The notes beneath the pieces are model-generated. The model saw nothing but the letters and a program-made list of their open reading frames with translations, was not told the origin of the DNA and searched no databases. 64,000 nt of DNA from an uncultured Candidatus Saccharibacteria bacterium (GTDB taxonomy: Bacteria > Patescibacteriota > UBA1384 > CAILIB01 > JAUSJZ01): the NCBI GenBank assembly GCA_964421635.1, contig CAYQWZ010000001.1, forward strand, positions 7,267 through 71,266, in the 5' to 3' direction. The translations under genes were made by a program, and so were the position numbers. How positions within the stretch are numbered: position 1 is the first letter of the stretch; each line of letters opens with the position of its first letter. Of the stretch, positions 41,529 to 50,676 are shown piece after piece.

Positions 41529-42659
41529 TTAAATTATTTCTGCCAGTCTTTTGTATTTGATTGCTCTTTCGGGTTTTGAATTTGCTCCCGATTTAAGACT
41601 ATCTGCAGATATGGCTACGGCTAAGTCTGCAATAAAAGTATCGTCCGTTTCTCCAGATCGATGTGAAACAATAGTGTACAAATTATTTTCTTTTGCAATT
41701 TTAGCAAACTCCAAGGTTTCACTGACTGACCCAACTTGATTTGGCTTTATTATTACGCCAGTGATTAATTTCTTTGAAATTGCATCTTTTAGTTTATTAG
41801 GATTAGTGACGGTCAGATCGTCTCCAATGATCTGTGTTCCTAAGCGTAATCCTACAACCTCTCTAGTTAATCTTTGCCAGCTTTCATCATCTTCTTCCTC
41901 AAAAGGATCTTCCACACTATATAAATTCCATTTCTTAATAATTTCAATCATTTCTGACACCGAATATCTGTCTTCTGCTTCGATATTGTTAGCTGCCACA
42001 TCGACAGACATTGTAGCAGTAGCCTGACTTTGCTCAATAGCCGTCTGTAGCATTGCCAAAGCAGCTTGGTCTCTGTCATCTGTTTGGTGCAAAGTTATAT
42101 CGAATCCTCCTTCCATACCTAACGGATTGCCCAATTTATCAAGTTCATTCCAAATCTTTTCACCTTCACCTAAGGTACAATTAACTAGCAGTTCCTGAAT
42201 GTCAGTGCTCTGTTTAGCATGCACACCGCCTTCTATCATTACCATCATTGGTTGGGGCTTAGCTTTTCTGGTAGCTGATTTATAATTACTTTGTTGTTTT
42301 AAATATTCGTGCAATTCAATCTTTATGTCGGCCGCTGCTAGCCGACAAAACAGCATCGATAGCGCTAATATTGTATTGCCACCTATTTTAGATTTATTAG
42401 CTGTTCCATCTTCTTCTATCAAAAACCTGTCGAATTCTGCCACACTTTTAAACTCTTTATTTAAAAGTAGTGTGTTTAGCTCTTCGTTTTTAGCTATTAC
42501 TTCATCGGGTTCTATTACAAAAGCTTCATCTTTCCCTGTAGAAGTGCCTGAGGGCACCTTAGCCAAAAAAGATTCATCACCAAAACTCGCCATTACCTGA
42601 ATGGTTGGCTTTCCTTTGGAATCAATAATTTCAGTAAACTCGAAAGAGGGGAATTTCAT
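41529..42659 (-). CDS. eno: Enolase (phosphopyruvate hydratase), short form
   Basis: N-terminal EIIDSKGKPT..PSGTSTGKDEA and C-terminal SHRSGETDDTFIADLAV enolase signatures. Confidence 0.9.
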   Translation of the reverse strand: MKFPSFEFTEIIDSKGKPTIQVMASFGDESFLAKVPSGTSTGKDEAFVIEPDEVIAKNEELNTLLLNKEFKSVAEFDRFLIEEDGTANKSKIGGNTILALSMLFCRLAAADIKIELHEYLKQQSNYKSATRKAKPQPMMVMIEGGVHAKQSTDIQELLVNCTLGEGEKIWNELDKLGNPLGMEGGFDITLHQTDDRDQAALAMLQTAIEQSQATATMSVDVAANNIEAEDRYSVSEMIEIIKKWNLYSVEDPFEEEDDESWQRLTREVVGLRLGTQIIGDDLTVTNPNKLKDAISKKLITGVIIKPNQVGSVSETLEFAKIAKENNLYTIVSHRSGETDDTFIADLAVAISADSLKSGANSKPERAIKYKRLAEII

Positions 42660-43705
42660 TTACTCAGTTTTTGTTTAAAATCAGCAATAATGTCTACGGA
42701 AGTTGGGTCAACCTTATTTAATATAGCTAAATAATAACTAATATAGTCTCCAAAGCTTATGGCTTTTATAATCTCTTGTAATTCATTTTTAGATTCAAAC
42801 AACATTCGAGTTACACCAAATCGACGGTCTTTATAGAGTTGCTCAGTTAACATCATGCGTGTCTTATTATTTTCTTCGGTATAATTGGAATCTAAAAGAA
42901 TTAAATATAGGCTTTCACTAGCCATCGGCGGATATTCACTCCCAACCAAGGAATTATGATTCATTTCAGGTAATGTTTCGTAATAAGATGGCACCTTGGC
43001 ATTCTCATTCAAGTGAGATTTTATTCTTGCTGCCACACCGCATAATACTCCATCACCAATGATAATTGGAATTTTATTTTGTACCTTCTCAGCCATTTGT
43101 TTCGCCTCATTAGACCCCACTGGTATATTTATTGACCATTTTGTCTTTATCTCTTCTGCGACTTCAGCAATTGAATCGACATCTTCATTCGAAATGTTTA
43201 TGTGCCCCAACTTTTTTAGGACATTTAATAAGACTGCCAAATGAACATGAAGAGCAGCTCGCGGTTGAGATTTATAATTATGCAGAAAAGTTAGTGCCTT
43301 GTATTTCTTGGCTAAACCTTCCAACTTACCACCAGTAGTAATAGCAAACAGTTTGCACTTTTTTTCATAAGCTTCAATAAAAGTACTCAGCGTCTCTTCT
43401 GTGTCACCGGAATAGGAGATGGCGATTACTAATGTGTTTTTGTCTATATAGTTTGGTAGATGATAATCTTTGACTAGCTCAACTGGCACACTCGAAGTTT
43501 TAGCTAAAAGATCTTTAGCTATTGTTCCTGCTTGACCGCTACCTCCCATACCACTGATAACAATTTTATTTACATTTACATAATAAGAAGGAATGGGAAA
43601 TTTTTCTGCTTCTGCCCACCAAGTCATAAAACCAGTACAAAAGTTCTCAACATGGCTATACATGTTCTGCTTATCTTGTTTTGATATAACTATTGAATCT
43701 AACAT
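42656..43705 (-). CDS. SIS-domain sugar-phosphate isomerase, bifunctional PGI/PMI-like
   Basis: ISGMGGSG SIS nucleotide-binding loop, ~350 aa two-SIS architecture; adjacent to eno. Confidence 0.65.
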   Translation of the reverse strand: MLDSIVISKQDKQNMYSHVENFCTGFMTWWAEAEKFPIPSYYVNVNKIVISGMGGSGQAGTIAKDLLAKTSSVPVELVKDYHLPNYIDKNTLVIAISYSGDTEETLSTFIEAYEKKCKLFAITTGGKLEGLAKKYKALTFLHNYKSQPRAALHVHLAVLLNVLKKLGHINISNEDVDSIAEVAEEIKTKWSINIPVGSNEAKQMAEKVQNKIPIIIGDGVLCGVAARIKSHLNENAKVPSYYETLPEMNHNSLVGSEYPPMASESLYLILLDSNYTEENNKTRMMLTEQLYKDRRFGVTRMLFESKNELQEIIKAISFGDYISYYLAILNKVDPTSVDIIADFKQKLSK

Positions 43706-43722
43706 AGTAATTTCATTATAAA

Positions 43723-44895
43723 CTAAAAAACTAGGTTGTAAGCCGTTACGAGAAGAATAATTGCTAATACTATCTTTGCCACCTTGCCAATTTTTTTTGA
43801 AGCAAAAATTACTTTGTTAGTCAGTACTATTGCTAAGAATATCAATATATCATCTGCCATATAAAAAACATTGTAGGCTGTAATATAAGATAGTGCAGAA
43901 CCTAAACTTAAATTTGCATTATTTAAAATTGAGGTATACACAACTGGTAACCCTATTGAACACATCGCCTCAATAATATTCACCCCAATAGCCAGCACAA
44001 CTGCACCAAATATTGCGGCCAACATATTCTTGTCTTTCGCTACCTCCTTCAATTTCATGGTTATACTGCTTTTTTTCTTTGCGTCACCCACCTCGCATTC
44101 AAGGTTTTTGTTCTGCCAAAATTCTACAATCAGTTTTATAGCAACAATCAAAGCAAATATAGCTACAACTATCTCAAAATATTTAACCCAAGCTGTTCCT
44201 AATATTGCTAACCATTTGTTGACTACATTAAATATTCCATACCACATAGCAATAAATAAAAAGCTACTCACAAAGGATGCAACCAGGAATGCACCCCCAA
44301 TAAAGATTAATTTTTTACGCGATTTGAGGCTTACCAAAAAACCGAGTAATGCAATTAAGGCCCACATCGCACAAGGATTAAAACCATCAGCTAAACCAAC
44401 CACTAAAGTTAATATTGGTAAACTCAAAGATTTTAAATTCTTCTGGCCAAACAATGGTAATTGGTAGTTTTCATTAGCACATTCAGACGAATTAATTGAA
44501 CAACCGGCTTCATCTAAATTTTTATTGCTGACCTGACCATCAATTAATTTTATAATTTGTTGTCCACTATCTTGTTCAGTATTGAATCCTAGATAATACT
44601 GATCACCAACTATAACTACAGGTGTAAAACCATAAGTGAAATTATATTCTTTAGCCAAAGTATCATAGCGACCTCGGTCTCTTGAAGAATATATATCAAG
44701 CCTTTCAATGTTCAACTCATAATCTGCCGAGATTTTATTTAAAAAATCATTCTCGGCTTCACAATATGGACATCCATCTTTATAAATAAAGGTAATATCA
44801 ACTGCTTTAGCCGCAATTTTGGGTGGCAACAACAGCACAAAAAAAAGAAGGATTAGTGCAAAACGAATTGTTCTACCAAATAAATTGATCACCAA
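43723..44895 (-). CDS. Glutaredoxin-like (CPYC) extracytoplasmic domain fused to CcdA/DsbD-like polytopic membrane domain
   Basis: Signal/TM, then FIYKDGCPYCEAEN thioredoxin-fold motif, then ~6 TM helices with intramembrane Cys (GFNPCAMW, EAMCSIG). Confidence 0.55.
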   Translation of the reverse strand: MVINLFGRTIRFALILLFFVLLLPPKIAAKAVDITFIYKDGCPYCEAENDFLNKISADYELNIERLDIYSSRDRGRYDTLAKEYNFTYGFTPVVIVGDQYYLGFNTEQDSGQQIIKLIDGQVSNKNLDEAGCSINSSECANENYQLPLFGQKNLKSLSLPILTLVVGLADGFNPCAMWALIALLGFLVSLKSRKKLIFIGGAFLVASFVSSFLFIAMWYGIFNVVNKWLAILGTAWVKYFEIVVAIFALIVAIKLIVEFWQNKNLECEVGDAKKKSSITMKLKEVAKDKNMLAAIFGAVVLAIGVNIIEAMCSIGLPVVYTSILNNANLSLGSALSYITAYNVFYMADDILIFLAIVLTNKVIFASKKIGKVAKIVLAIILLVTAYNLVF

Positions 44896-45319
44896 TACCT
44901 ATATTATACTTTTCAACTGTATCAGACGCTAACTCTACAACAAAAAGTGCAAGCTCGTCTGATTGTTTAGCATCTTTCTCGGCCTTCATATTATCAAACA
45001 TTTCTATCACCACACCATTAGAGTCTAGCCAAAAAACATCTATATCAATTTTCATATTACGCATCCATATTCCCTGAAATTCTTTTTGATCAAAAATAAA
45101 TAGCATACCGCACCGATCACAAAGATTTTCTCTGTACATTAATCCTTCTTTTCGCTCATTATTTTCGTCCGCGATTTCCAAATAAAATTGAATATCATTT
45201 ACCGTTACTTTCAGATATTCGTTTTTTTCATCTTTTGGCCAAAAATATAATGCGCAAAAAGTTGCAGCCAGCAGAATTATTAACAATATTTTGTACATGT
45301 ATTCAGTATCCCTTATCAT
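44873..45319 (-). CDS. DUF192-family protein with N-terminal membrane anchor
   Basis: GLMYRE..GMLFIFD..IWMRNMKIDIDVFWLD..G.V.E pattern typical of DUF192/COG1430. Confidence 0.6.
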   Translation of the reverse strand: MIRDTEYMYKILLIILLAATFCALYFWPKDEKNEYLKVTVNDIQFYLEIADENNERKEGLMYRENLCDRCGMLFIFDQKEFQGIWMRNMKIDIDVFWLDSNGVVIEMFDNMKAEKDAKQSDELALFVVELASDTVEKYNIGIGDQFIW

Positions 45320-45399
45320 TTCTGCATTGCCAAACTTATTGAGTATTGGCTGTTAGACTGGATTTAGTAATGACTTTCTGATTATGATAGTAAAGAATT

Positions 45400-46008
45400 A
45401 TGATCGATGTTGAACCAATCGTTGTCCATTTAAAAAGAAAAGAAGTCGCTATGGTGCCCTTTGACACCTGCTACGGCTTAATTTGTGATGGCACAGATAT
45501 AGATGCTTGTACAAAACTTTACCAACTTAAACAAAGACCTCGTTCAAAACCATCCGCTTTAGTAGTTAGAAAGGTAGAAGATATTAAGAAATATGCAGAG
45601 CTTTCAAAACGACAAGAGACAATACTACAAAGATTATTGCCCGGAAAGGTAACCGTCATCTTGAGACTCAAAGAAAATTCAAAGTTGCCTAGAAATTTTA
45701 TTCGTACGAAATACGATACTGCCTCTTTTAGAGTAGTCGAGTCTGAAGCTGTGGATGAGATATTGAAGAAATTCAAAAAACCACTTTTAGCTACCAGTGC
45801 CAATTTGTCAGGATATCCAGTGATTTTAAGTCGAGTAGATTTTGTCATGCATCCTTTCAACCAAGCTAGAGCCGATAGGGTTATGACTTTGCTGGAGGAA
45901 GTTTTTGAAAGACCTTCGCACTCTACCGTAGTAGATTTGACAACTGACAATCCTGAGGTAATAAGACCAGGCGCCGTCAGCTCAAGCGAGATTATGCAGC
46001 TTGTCTAA
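45400..46008 (+). CDS. tsaC: L-threonylcarbamoyladenylate synthase (YrdC/Sua5 domain)
   Basis: FDTCYGLICD, KQRPRSKPSALVV, ATSANLSGYP. Confidence 0.85.
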   Translation: MIDVEPIVVHLKRKEVAMVPFDTCYGLICDGTDIDACTKLYQLKQRPRSKPSALVVRKVEDIKKYAELSKRQETILQRLLPGKVTVILRLKENSKLPRNFIRTKYDTASFRVVESEAVDEILKKFKKPLLATSANLSGYPVILSRVDFVMHPFNQARADRVMTLLEEVFERPSHSTVVDLTTDNPEVIRPGAVSSSEIMQLV

Positions 46009-46062
46009 GTTCTTGCTTAAAAGTAGAATTAGTGGTAGCATAGCGAGGTAAATTTTATGTAT

Positions 46063-46151
46063 GCCGCGGTGGCGGAATTGGTAGACGCGCCGGACTCAAA
46101 ATCCGGTGGGCGTTAAAACCCATGAGAGTTCAAGTCTCTCCCGCGGCACCA
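46063..46151 (+). tRNA. tRNA-Leu (anticodon CAA), type II with long variable arm
   Basis: GCCGCGG acceptor pairs CCGCGGC-A-CCA; anticodon loop CTCAAAA; 17-nt variable arm; T-arm GAGAG-TTCAAGT-CTCTC. Confidence 0.88.
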
Positions 46152-46180
46152 GAATCCTAAATAATTGGGATTCTTTTTTA
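46151..46180 (+). terminator. Intrinsic terminator after tRNA-Leu
   Basis: AGAATCC-(10 nt)-GGATTCT followed by TTTTTTATTT. Confidence 0.6.
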
Positions 46181-46189
46181 TTTCTAAAA

Positions 46190-46218
46190 TTGACAAGAAA
46201 ATGGTGTTTTGATAATAT
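46190..46218 (+). promoter_or_regulatory. Consensus promoter TTGACA-17-TAATAT driving the 46244 gene
   Basis: TTGACA 46190-46195, 17-nt spacer, TAATAT 46213-46218; a GGGAGGT SD lies just before ATG 46244. Confidence 0.6.
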
Positions 46219-46243
46219 CTGAGCACGATCGAAGGGAGGTAAA

Positions 46244-46738
46244 ATGTTGCCTGATAGACAGCTACCAGATGAATTAAAGACAGCGCATGTCGTTGTCCCC
46301 TTAAGAGAAGTAGCTAATGTCGGCAGAACAGCGACAAAAAGGAATGTACATTTTCTCAATGAGAGTCTAAGGAGAATCTTCTCCAATAAACTGGGTCTTT
46401 CAGTTACAGCACCATTAAATGGCAGCATGCTAATTGGAGTGCACGATAACCATGAATACTGTCTTTGCCGCAGTTTTGCCACCGAAGGATATCCTAGATT
46501 ACACATCATTCCAACACTGATACAAATTGACACCATAGTAGACGAACTGTATCTACTTCTAGATTTAGAGGGACACATAGACAGCTATCGTCATCATGTA
46601 GATCACAACCGACAACATGAAGCTGAAAGGGCTTTATCTAGAATTAGAAGGTGGTTTCAACAAAGATTTAAGAGGGGACAAACTTGCCTTGATAGACATA
46701 CTCCATCTATTAGATTCGAAATCCCCATGACCGCCTAG
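46244..46738 (+). CDS. Orphan hypothetical protein, Arg/His-rich (atypical composition), own promoter and terminator
   Basis: 164-aa ORF with a strong SD. Its stop codon sits inside an intrinsic terminator loop. It has 18 Arg vs 4 Lys, the reverse of every neighbouring protein. An HD-like V-H-D-N-H stretch is present but not diagnostic. Confidence 0.5.
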   Translation: MLPDRQLPDELKTAHVVVPLREVANVGRTATKRNVHFLNESLRRIFSNKLGLSVTAPLNGSMLIGVHDNHEYCLCRSFATEGYPRLHIIPTLIQIDTIVDELYLLLDLEGHIDSYRHHVDHNRQHEAERALSRIRRWFQQRFKRGQTCLDRHTPSIRFEIPMTA

Positions 46739-46752
46739 TAGGGCGGTTTTTT
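46730..46752 (+). terminator. Intrinsic terminator (ACCGCC-tagtag-GGCGGT + TTTTTT) ending the 46244 gene
   Basis: 6-bp GC-rich stem, 6-nt loop containing the TAG stop, 6-T run. Confidence 0.7.
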
Positions 46753-46767
46753 AATCTGAGCTACAGA

Positions 46768-46796
46768 TTGACAAAGAGGGCATTTTATGGTATAAA
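46768..46796 (+). promoter_or_regulatory. Consensus promoter TTGACA-17-TATAAA upstream of sortase gene
   Basis: TTGACA 46768-46773, 17-nt spacer, TATAAA 46791-46796. Confidence 0.55.
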
Positions 46797-46811
46797 TAGA
46801 GCATCAAATAT

Positions 46812-47597
46812 ATGACAAATATGACATATTACCAGTTACAAAGCGAAGATTTAAGGCTTATTTTAAAGCCGGCAATTTCTAATCAAGACGCCATTGCAAA
46901 ATTCGATTTGCGAGTAAGCATAATCGGGTTAATAGGGGCCGCTTTGTTTATGGCATCTATTCAAGTTCCGGCTTTAATTACCTATAATAATACTCCAAAA
47001 TTACAGCCAAAAACCTATCAATTCAAAGCTAACGCCTATGAATTAAAACAGACAGACACTAAGCAAGATGATAACAGCAAAACAGACAACGCTGTCTCTA
47101 CAGTTAAGGATATTGACTTTTATTACACAGATTTAGGCATATTTTCACCTGTCACCTGGGAGATTGAATACGATAATACTCAAATTCAGCGCCACTTACA
47201 GAATGGCCTAGTACATATTAAAGACACCGCCAAACCTGGGCAAAGGGGAACTATTATTTTAACTGGTCACAGCTCAAATTTTGCTTGGGCAAAAGGGGAC
47301 TATAAAACAATCTTTGCTCCTCTTTTAAAGGCTCAGTTGAATCAAACAATCACAATTGAATTTGAGGATACAAAATATGAATATATCGTTGATCAAATCT
47401 ACGAAGTAACACCTAACCAAGTTGATTTAATCAATAATTCAAACGAATCCGATCTTCGTCTAATTACCTGTACTCCTTTGGGCTCTACTAAAAAACGCTT
47501 AATTATTGATGCCAAACAGGTTTCTCCAGACAGAAGCTCTAATTCAGAATTTAACTCAAACTCCATTGATACTCAATCAATTTTAGAGGTTCGCTAG
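46812..47597 (+). CDS. Sortase-family transpeptidase
   Basis: N-terminal TM; catalytic His in ILTGHSS; LRLITCTP (TLxTC) active-site Cys motif; conserved Arg downstream. Confidence 0.8.
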   Translation: MTNMTYYQLQSEDLRLILKPAISNQDAIAKFDLRVSIIGLIGAALFMASIQVPALITYNNTPKLQPKTYQFKANAYELKQTDTKQDDNSKTDNAVSTVKDIDFYYTDLGIFSPVTWEIEYDNTQIQRHLQNGLVHIKDTAKPGQRGTIILTGHSSNFAWAKGDYKTIFAPLLKAQLNQTITIEFEDTKYEYIVDQIYEVTPNQVDLINNSNESDLRLITCTPLGSTKKRLIIDAKQVSPDRSSNSEFNSNSIDTQSILEVR

Positions 47598-47600
47598 GTA

Positions 47601-48347
47601 CTATAAAACTAAGGATATATCGTAAACCGTAGCCTTATCTTCTTGTAATACTATAAGTTCATCCCCTCCAGAAGCAACAATCAATTTAATAGGAAGATCT
47701 TTTTCAAGCGTAAATAACTTCGTACTATTAGACCCATCTATCTCAACAATTGACACTGATTTTTCATTCTTCATAATAATATGAGTCTTTTTGGTGTACC
47801 AAAATACTTGATCTACTCTATTGCTTGAGCGTTTAATTAGTACATCTGTTCCCCGATCTGTTCTGTATATTTCATTTCCTCTTATTACTAATCCTTCTGA
47901 AACAAGCCGCTCTTCATTCTCAACTTGAGCTTTTTGCGATGCTGAGGCTTCATGACTTTTTATAACAGTTGGAATAAATAAAATATCGTTAAAAAGCTTC
48001 GCTTCAGAAGGCCCGACATAAAAGGATTTCGTCCAACTCTCATATCCTTCATAGTCAAGCGTTAGAGAATAGTGCCCAGGTTGAAGATCACTAATAGCGT
48101 GCGGTAGCTCAACAGTCTTCTCTTGACCGTTAAGAGTATATTTAATAACAATTTTATCTCTGTTATGAGTTTGCAAATATATTGAACCCGTTTCTTTCAA
48201 AAAACCAGCCTTCCAGTTTACTCGGTAACCAGCTGCAAACATTAATACAAAAGCTGCTATCGCCCAAAATACGATAAGATATGCGATTTTGGAGAATGCC
48301 CATAACAGGGTTGGTTTCTGTGCCATCTGTTTACAGTATACATTCAA
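47601..48347 (-). CDS. Hypothetical membrane-anchored protein with PEGA-like beta domain
   Basis: N-terminal TM; YTLNGQEKTVELPHAISDLQPGHYSLTLDYEGYESW resembles a PEGA fold; low certainty. Confidence 0.4.
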   Translation of the reverse strand: MNVYCKQMAQKPTLLWAFSKIAYLIVFWAIAAFVLMFAAGYRVNWKAGFLKETGSIYLQTHNRDKIVIKYTLNGQEKTVELPHAISDLQPGHYSLTLDYEGYESWTKSFYVGPSEAKLFNDILFIPTVIKSHEASASQKAQVENEERLVSEGLVIRGNEIYRTDRGTDVLIKRSSNRVDQVFWYTKKTHIIMKNEKSVSIVEIDGSNSTKLFTLEKDLPIKLIVASGGDELIVLQEDKATVYDISLVL

Positions 48348-48382
48348 TTTAAATTGCGCAAATTTGTTAGAATAGAATAACT

Positions 48383-49663
48383 ATGGCAACATTCAAAATT
48401 ATTGGGGGCAAACCCTTGAAAGGCACTGTTACAATTAGTGGTCGTAAAAATGCCGCTCTACCTATATTGGCCGCATCCTTATTAACATCTGGTAAGGTGA
48501 CAATTAAAAATCTGCCCCATATTGGGGATGTAAAGATAATGCTTAAGTTACTCCAAGCATTTGGAGCTCAAGTTAGCGAGACAGATAATCAGACAATTAT
48601 TCAAACAAAAGAGGTTTTGACATCTGTGTTACCTGACAATCTAGCCAAACAGCTGAGAGGTTCAATTCTGTTTTTAGGACCTTTAGTAGCCCGTACTGGC
48701 TCTGTAAATATGCCGCATCCAGGAGGGTGTATTATCGGCAAACGACCGGTAGGACTTCATTTTGATGTCCTTGAAACACTTGGTTCTAAAATTAAGGTTA
48801 ATACTGACAATACTTACACCGTGACTACTAAAAGAGGATTAGTCGGTAAACAATTCTTTTTAACAGAGGCATCTGTCACAGCTTCGGAGAATGCTATTAT
48901 GGCTGCTGTTATTGCTCACGGTACAACTGAGCTTGTTAATGTCGCGACTGAAGGTCATGTAGTGCAAACAGCAGAATTTCTACAAAAACTCGGTTATCAA
49001 ATTTCAGGCTTAGGCTCATCAATCCTTAAGATTGAAGGATCTGCTGGAAAATTGTCAACCAAAAATATTGAGATAGAAATTATTCCTGATGAAATAGAGA
49101 TCGGTACATTTATTACGGCAGCTGTTGTTACTCAGGGGAATATTACTTTACAAAATTGTGGTGATTCTGAAATTAACTTACCAATTAGAGCAATTTTTGA
49201 TCGCTTCGGAGTAAGAACTATTTATAATAAAGAGCAACAATCGATTATTATTCGTGGTCCACACAAATTAATGCCAACTCAGGTTGTTACTGGAACTTGG
49301 CCAAGCGTTCCTACCGATTTACAACCACCTTTGGCACTGCTAGCCACTCAAGTAAATGGCAACACCTTAATTCACGACTGGATGTTCGAAGGTCGCTTCG
49401 CTTATGTGGCTAGTCTCGAAAAAATGGGGGCTAATATACTAAATTGTGATCCTCACCGAATACTGATAACTGGACCTACAAAACTTACAGGCACATCTTT
49501 AGTAAGCCCAGACCTGAGAGCTGGCATCACACAACTAATTGCTGCCTTAACCGCCAAGGGCGAATCTATGATTGAGCACGCCGAGCTTATTGACCGCGGT
49601 TATGCTAATATTGTAGAGCGCCTACAGGCTTTAGGAGCTAATATAGAAAGGATAGCAGACTAG
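48383..49663 (+). CDS. murA: UDP-N-acetylglucosamine 1-carboxyvinyltransferase
   Basis: FKIIGGKPLKGTVTISGRKNAALPILAASLL and catalytic Cys loop HPGGCIIGKRP. Confidence 0.93.
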   Translation: MATFKIIGGKPLKGTVTISGRKNAALPILAASLLTSGKVTIKNLPHIGDVKIMLKLLQAFGAQVSETDNQTIIQTKEVLTSVLPDNLAKQLRGSILFLGPLVARTGSVNMPHPGGCIIGKRPVGLHFDVLETLGSKIKVNTDNTYTVTTKRGLVGKQFFLTEASVTASENAIMAAVIAHGTTELVNVATEGHVVQTAEFLQKLGYQISGLGSSILKIEGSAGKLSTKNIEIEIIPDEIEIGTFITAAVVTQGNITLQNCGDSEINLPIRAIFDRFGVRTIYNKEQQSIIIRGPHKLMPTQVVTGTWPSVPTDLQPPLALLATQVNGNTLIHDWMFEGRFAYVASLEKMGANILNCDPHRILITGPTKLTGTSLVSPDLRAGITQLIAALTAKGESMIEHAELIDRGYANIVERLQALGANIERIAD

Positions 49664-49665
49664 TT

Positions 49666-50676
49666 ATGTTTAATCGTCGCGTGGCCATTGACCTAGGCAC
49701 TACCAACACTGTCGTTATGGTGCCGCGTCAAGGTATTGTGGCCCAAGAACCAAGTGTGGTGGCCGTACAAGCAGATAATGAGCACATTATGGCTATTGGT
49801 AATGAGGCCAAAGAGATGCTTGGTCGAACACCTGAAAGTATTATCGCTGCCCATCCTCTAAAAGATGGCGTAATTGCTAATTATCGAATTACAGAATCTA
49901 TGATTAGCTATTATTTAACAAAAATATACGGGCGCATGAGAATTATTCGACCAGATGTAATGGTGGCCGTTCCAGCAGGTGTTACCTCAACTGAAAGAAG
50001 GGCAGTAATTGACGCTACTACCTCAGCCGGAGCACGCCAAGCGTATTTAATTAAAGAGCCAATTGCCGCTGCCCTAGGGGCTGAAATTGATATCGCCTCA
50101 CCAAGCGGAAACATGGTCATAGACATTGGTGGAGGAACAACTGAAATTGCTGTAATTGCGCTAGGCGACACCGTAGCTGTAAACTCTGTTCGCGTCGCTG
50201 GTAATAAAATTGATCAGGCCATTGCTAATTACATTAGAAAAAAACATAATCTTATTATTGGCTTATCTACTGCCGAGCAAGTAAAAATAAAAATTGGGGC
50301 AGTTATGAATACTAAGAAAGATAAATCTATGGAAGTTTCTGGCTCCAACGCTATTACTGGTCTACCCGAGAGCATCCTTCTTCATACCTCAGATATTGTC
50401 AAAGCTGTCAGGCCGCCTCTCAATGAAATAATCAACGCCGTGAAAGTAGTGTTACAAAAAACTCCTCCCGAACTATCATCAGATGTTATGGAGAAGGGAA
50501 TTATTCTCACTGGAGGTGGTGCCAAGTTGCAAAAAATTGACGAATTGTTTACCAAGGTAACAGGTGTGCCATGTCAAATCGCCGAAGATCCACTTTTATG
50601 TGTTGCTCGTGGTACGCTCAAAGCAGTAGAAAACTTAGATTCTTTCAAACGCAGCGCTTTATGGGCCAAAAGATAA
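49666..50676 (+). CDS. mreB: Rod shape-determining protein MreB
   Basis: AIDLGTTNTVV, VIDIGGGTTEIAV, ILTGGGAKL actin-fold phosphate motifs. Confidence 0.93.
   Translation: MFNRRVAIDLGTTNTVVMVPRQGIVAQEPSVVAVQADNEHIMAIGNEAKEMLGRTPESIIAAHPLKDGVIANYRITESMISYYLTKIYGRMRIIRPDVMVAVPAGVTSTERRAVIDATTSAGARQAYLIKEPIAAALGAEIDIASPSGNMVIDIGGGTTEIAVIALGDTVAVNSVRVAGNKIDQAIANYIRKKHNLIIGLSTAEQVKIKIGAVMNTKKDKSMEVSGSNAITGLPESILLHTSDIVKAVRPPLNEIINAVKVVLQKTPPELSSDVMEKGIILTGGGAKLQKIDELFTKVTGVPCQIAEDPLLCVARGTLKAVENLDSFKRSALWAKR

Noticed and set aside
46096-46578. 160-aa minus-strand ORF overlapping tRNA-Leu and the 46244 gene
   Set aside because: It overlaps a well-formed tRNA, has no SD or promoter, and is in the antisense shadow of a plus-strand gene that has full expression signals.
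46223-46745. Possibility that the promoter-to-terminator unit after tRNA-Leu is tmRNA, RNase P RNA or another structured ncRNA
   Set aside because: I could not find RNase P CR-I/CR-V-like blocks (GGAAAGUCCGGGC, ACAGAAnCCGGCUUA), nor a tmRNA tRNA-like 5' GGGG / 3' CCA pairing, nor a tag-peptide frame ending in a typical ..AA-stop. A 164-codon stop-free frame with a strong SD favours a protein. This is kept as an alternative in the finding, because Infernal was not run.
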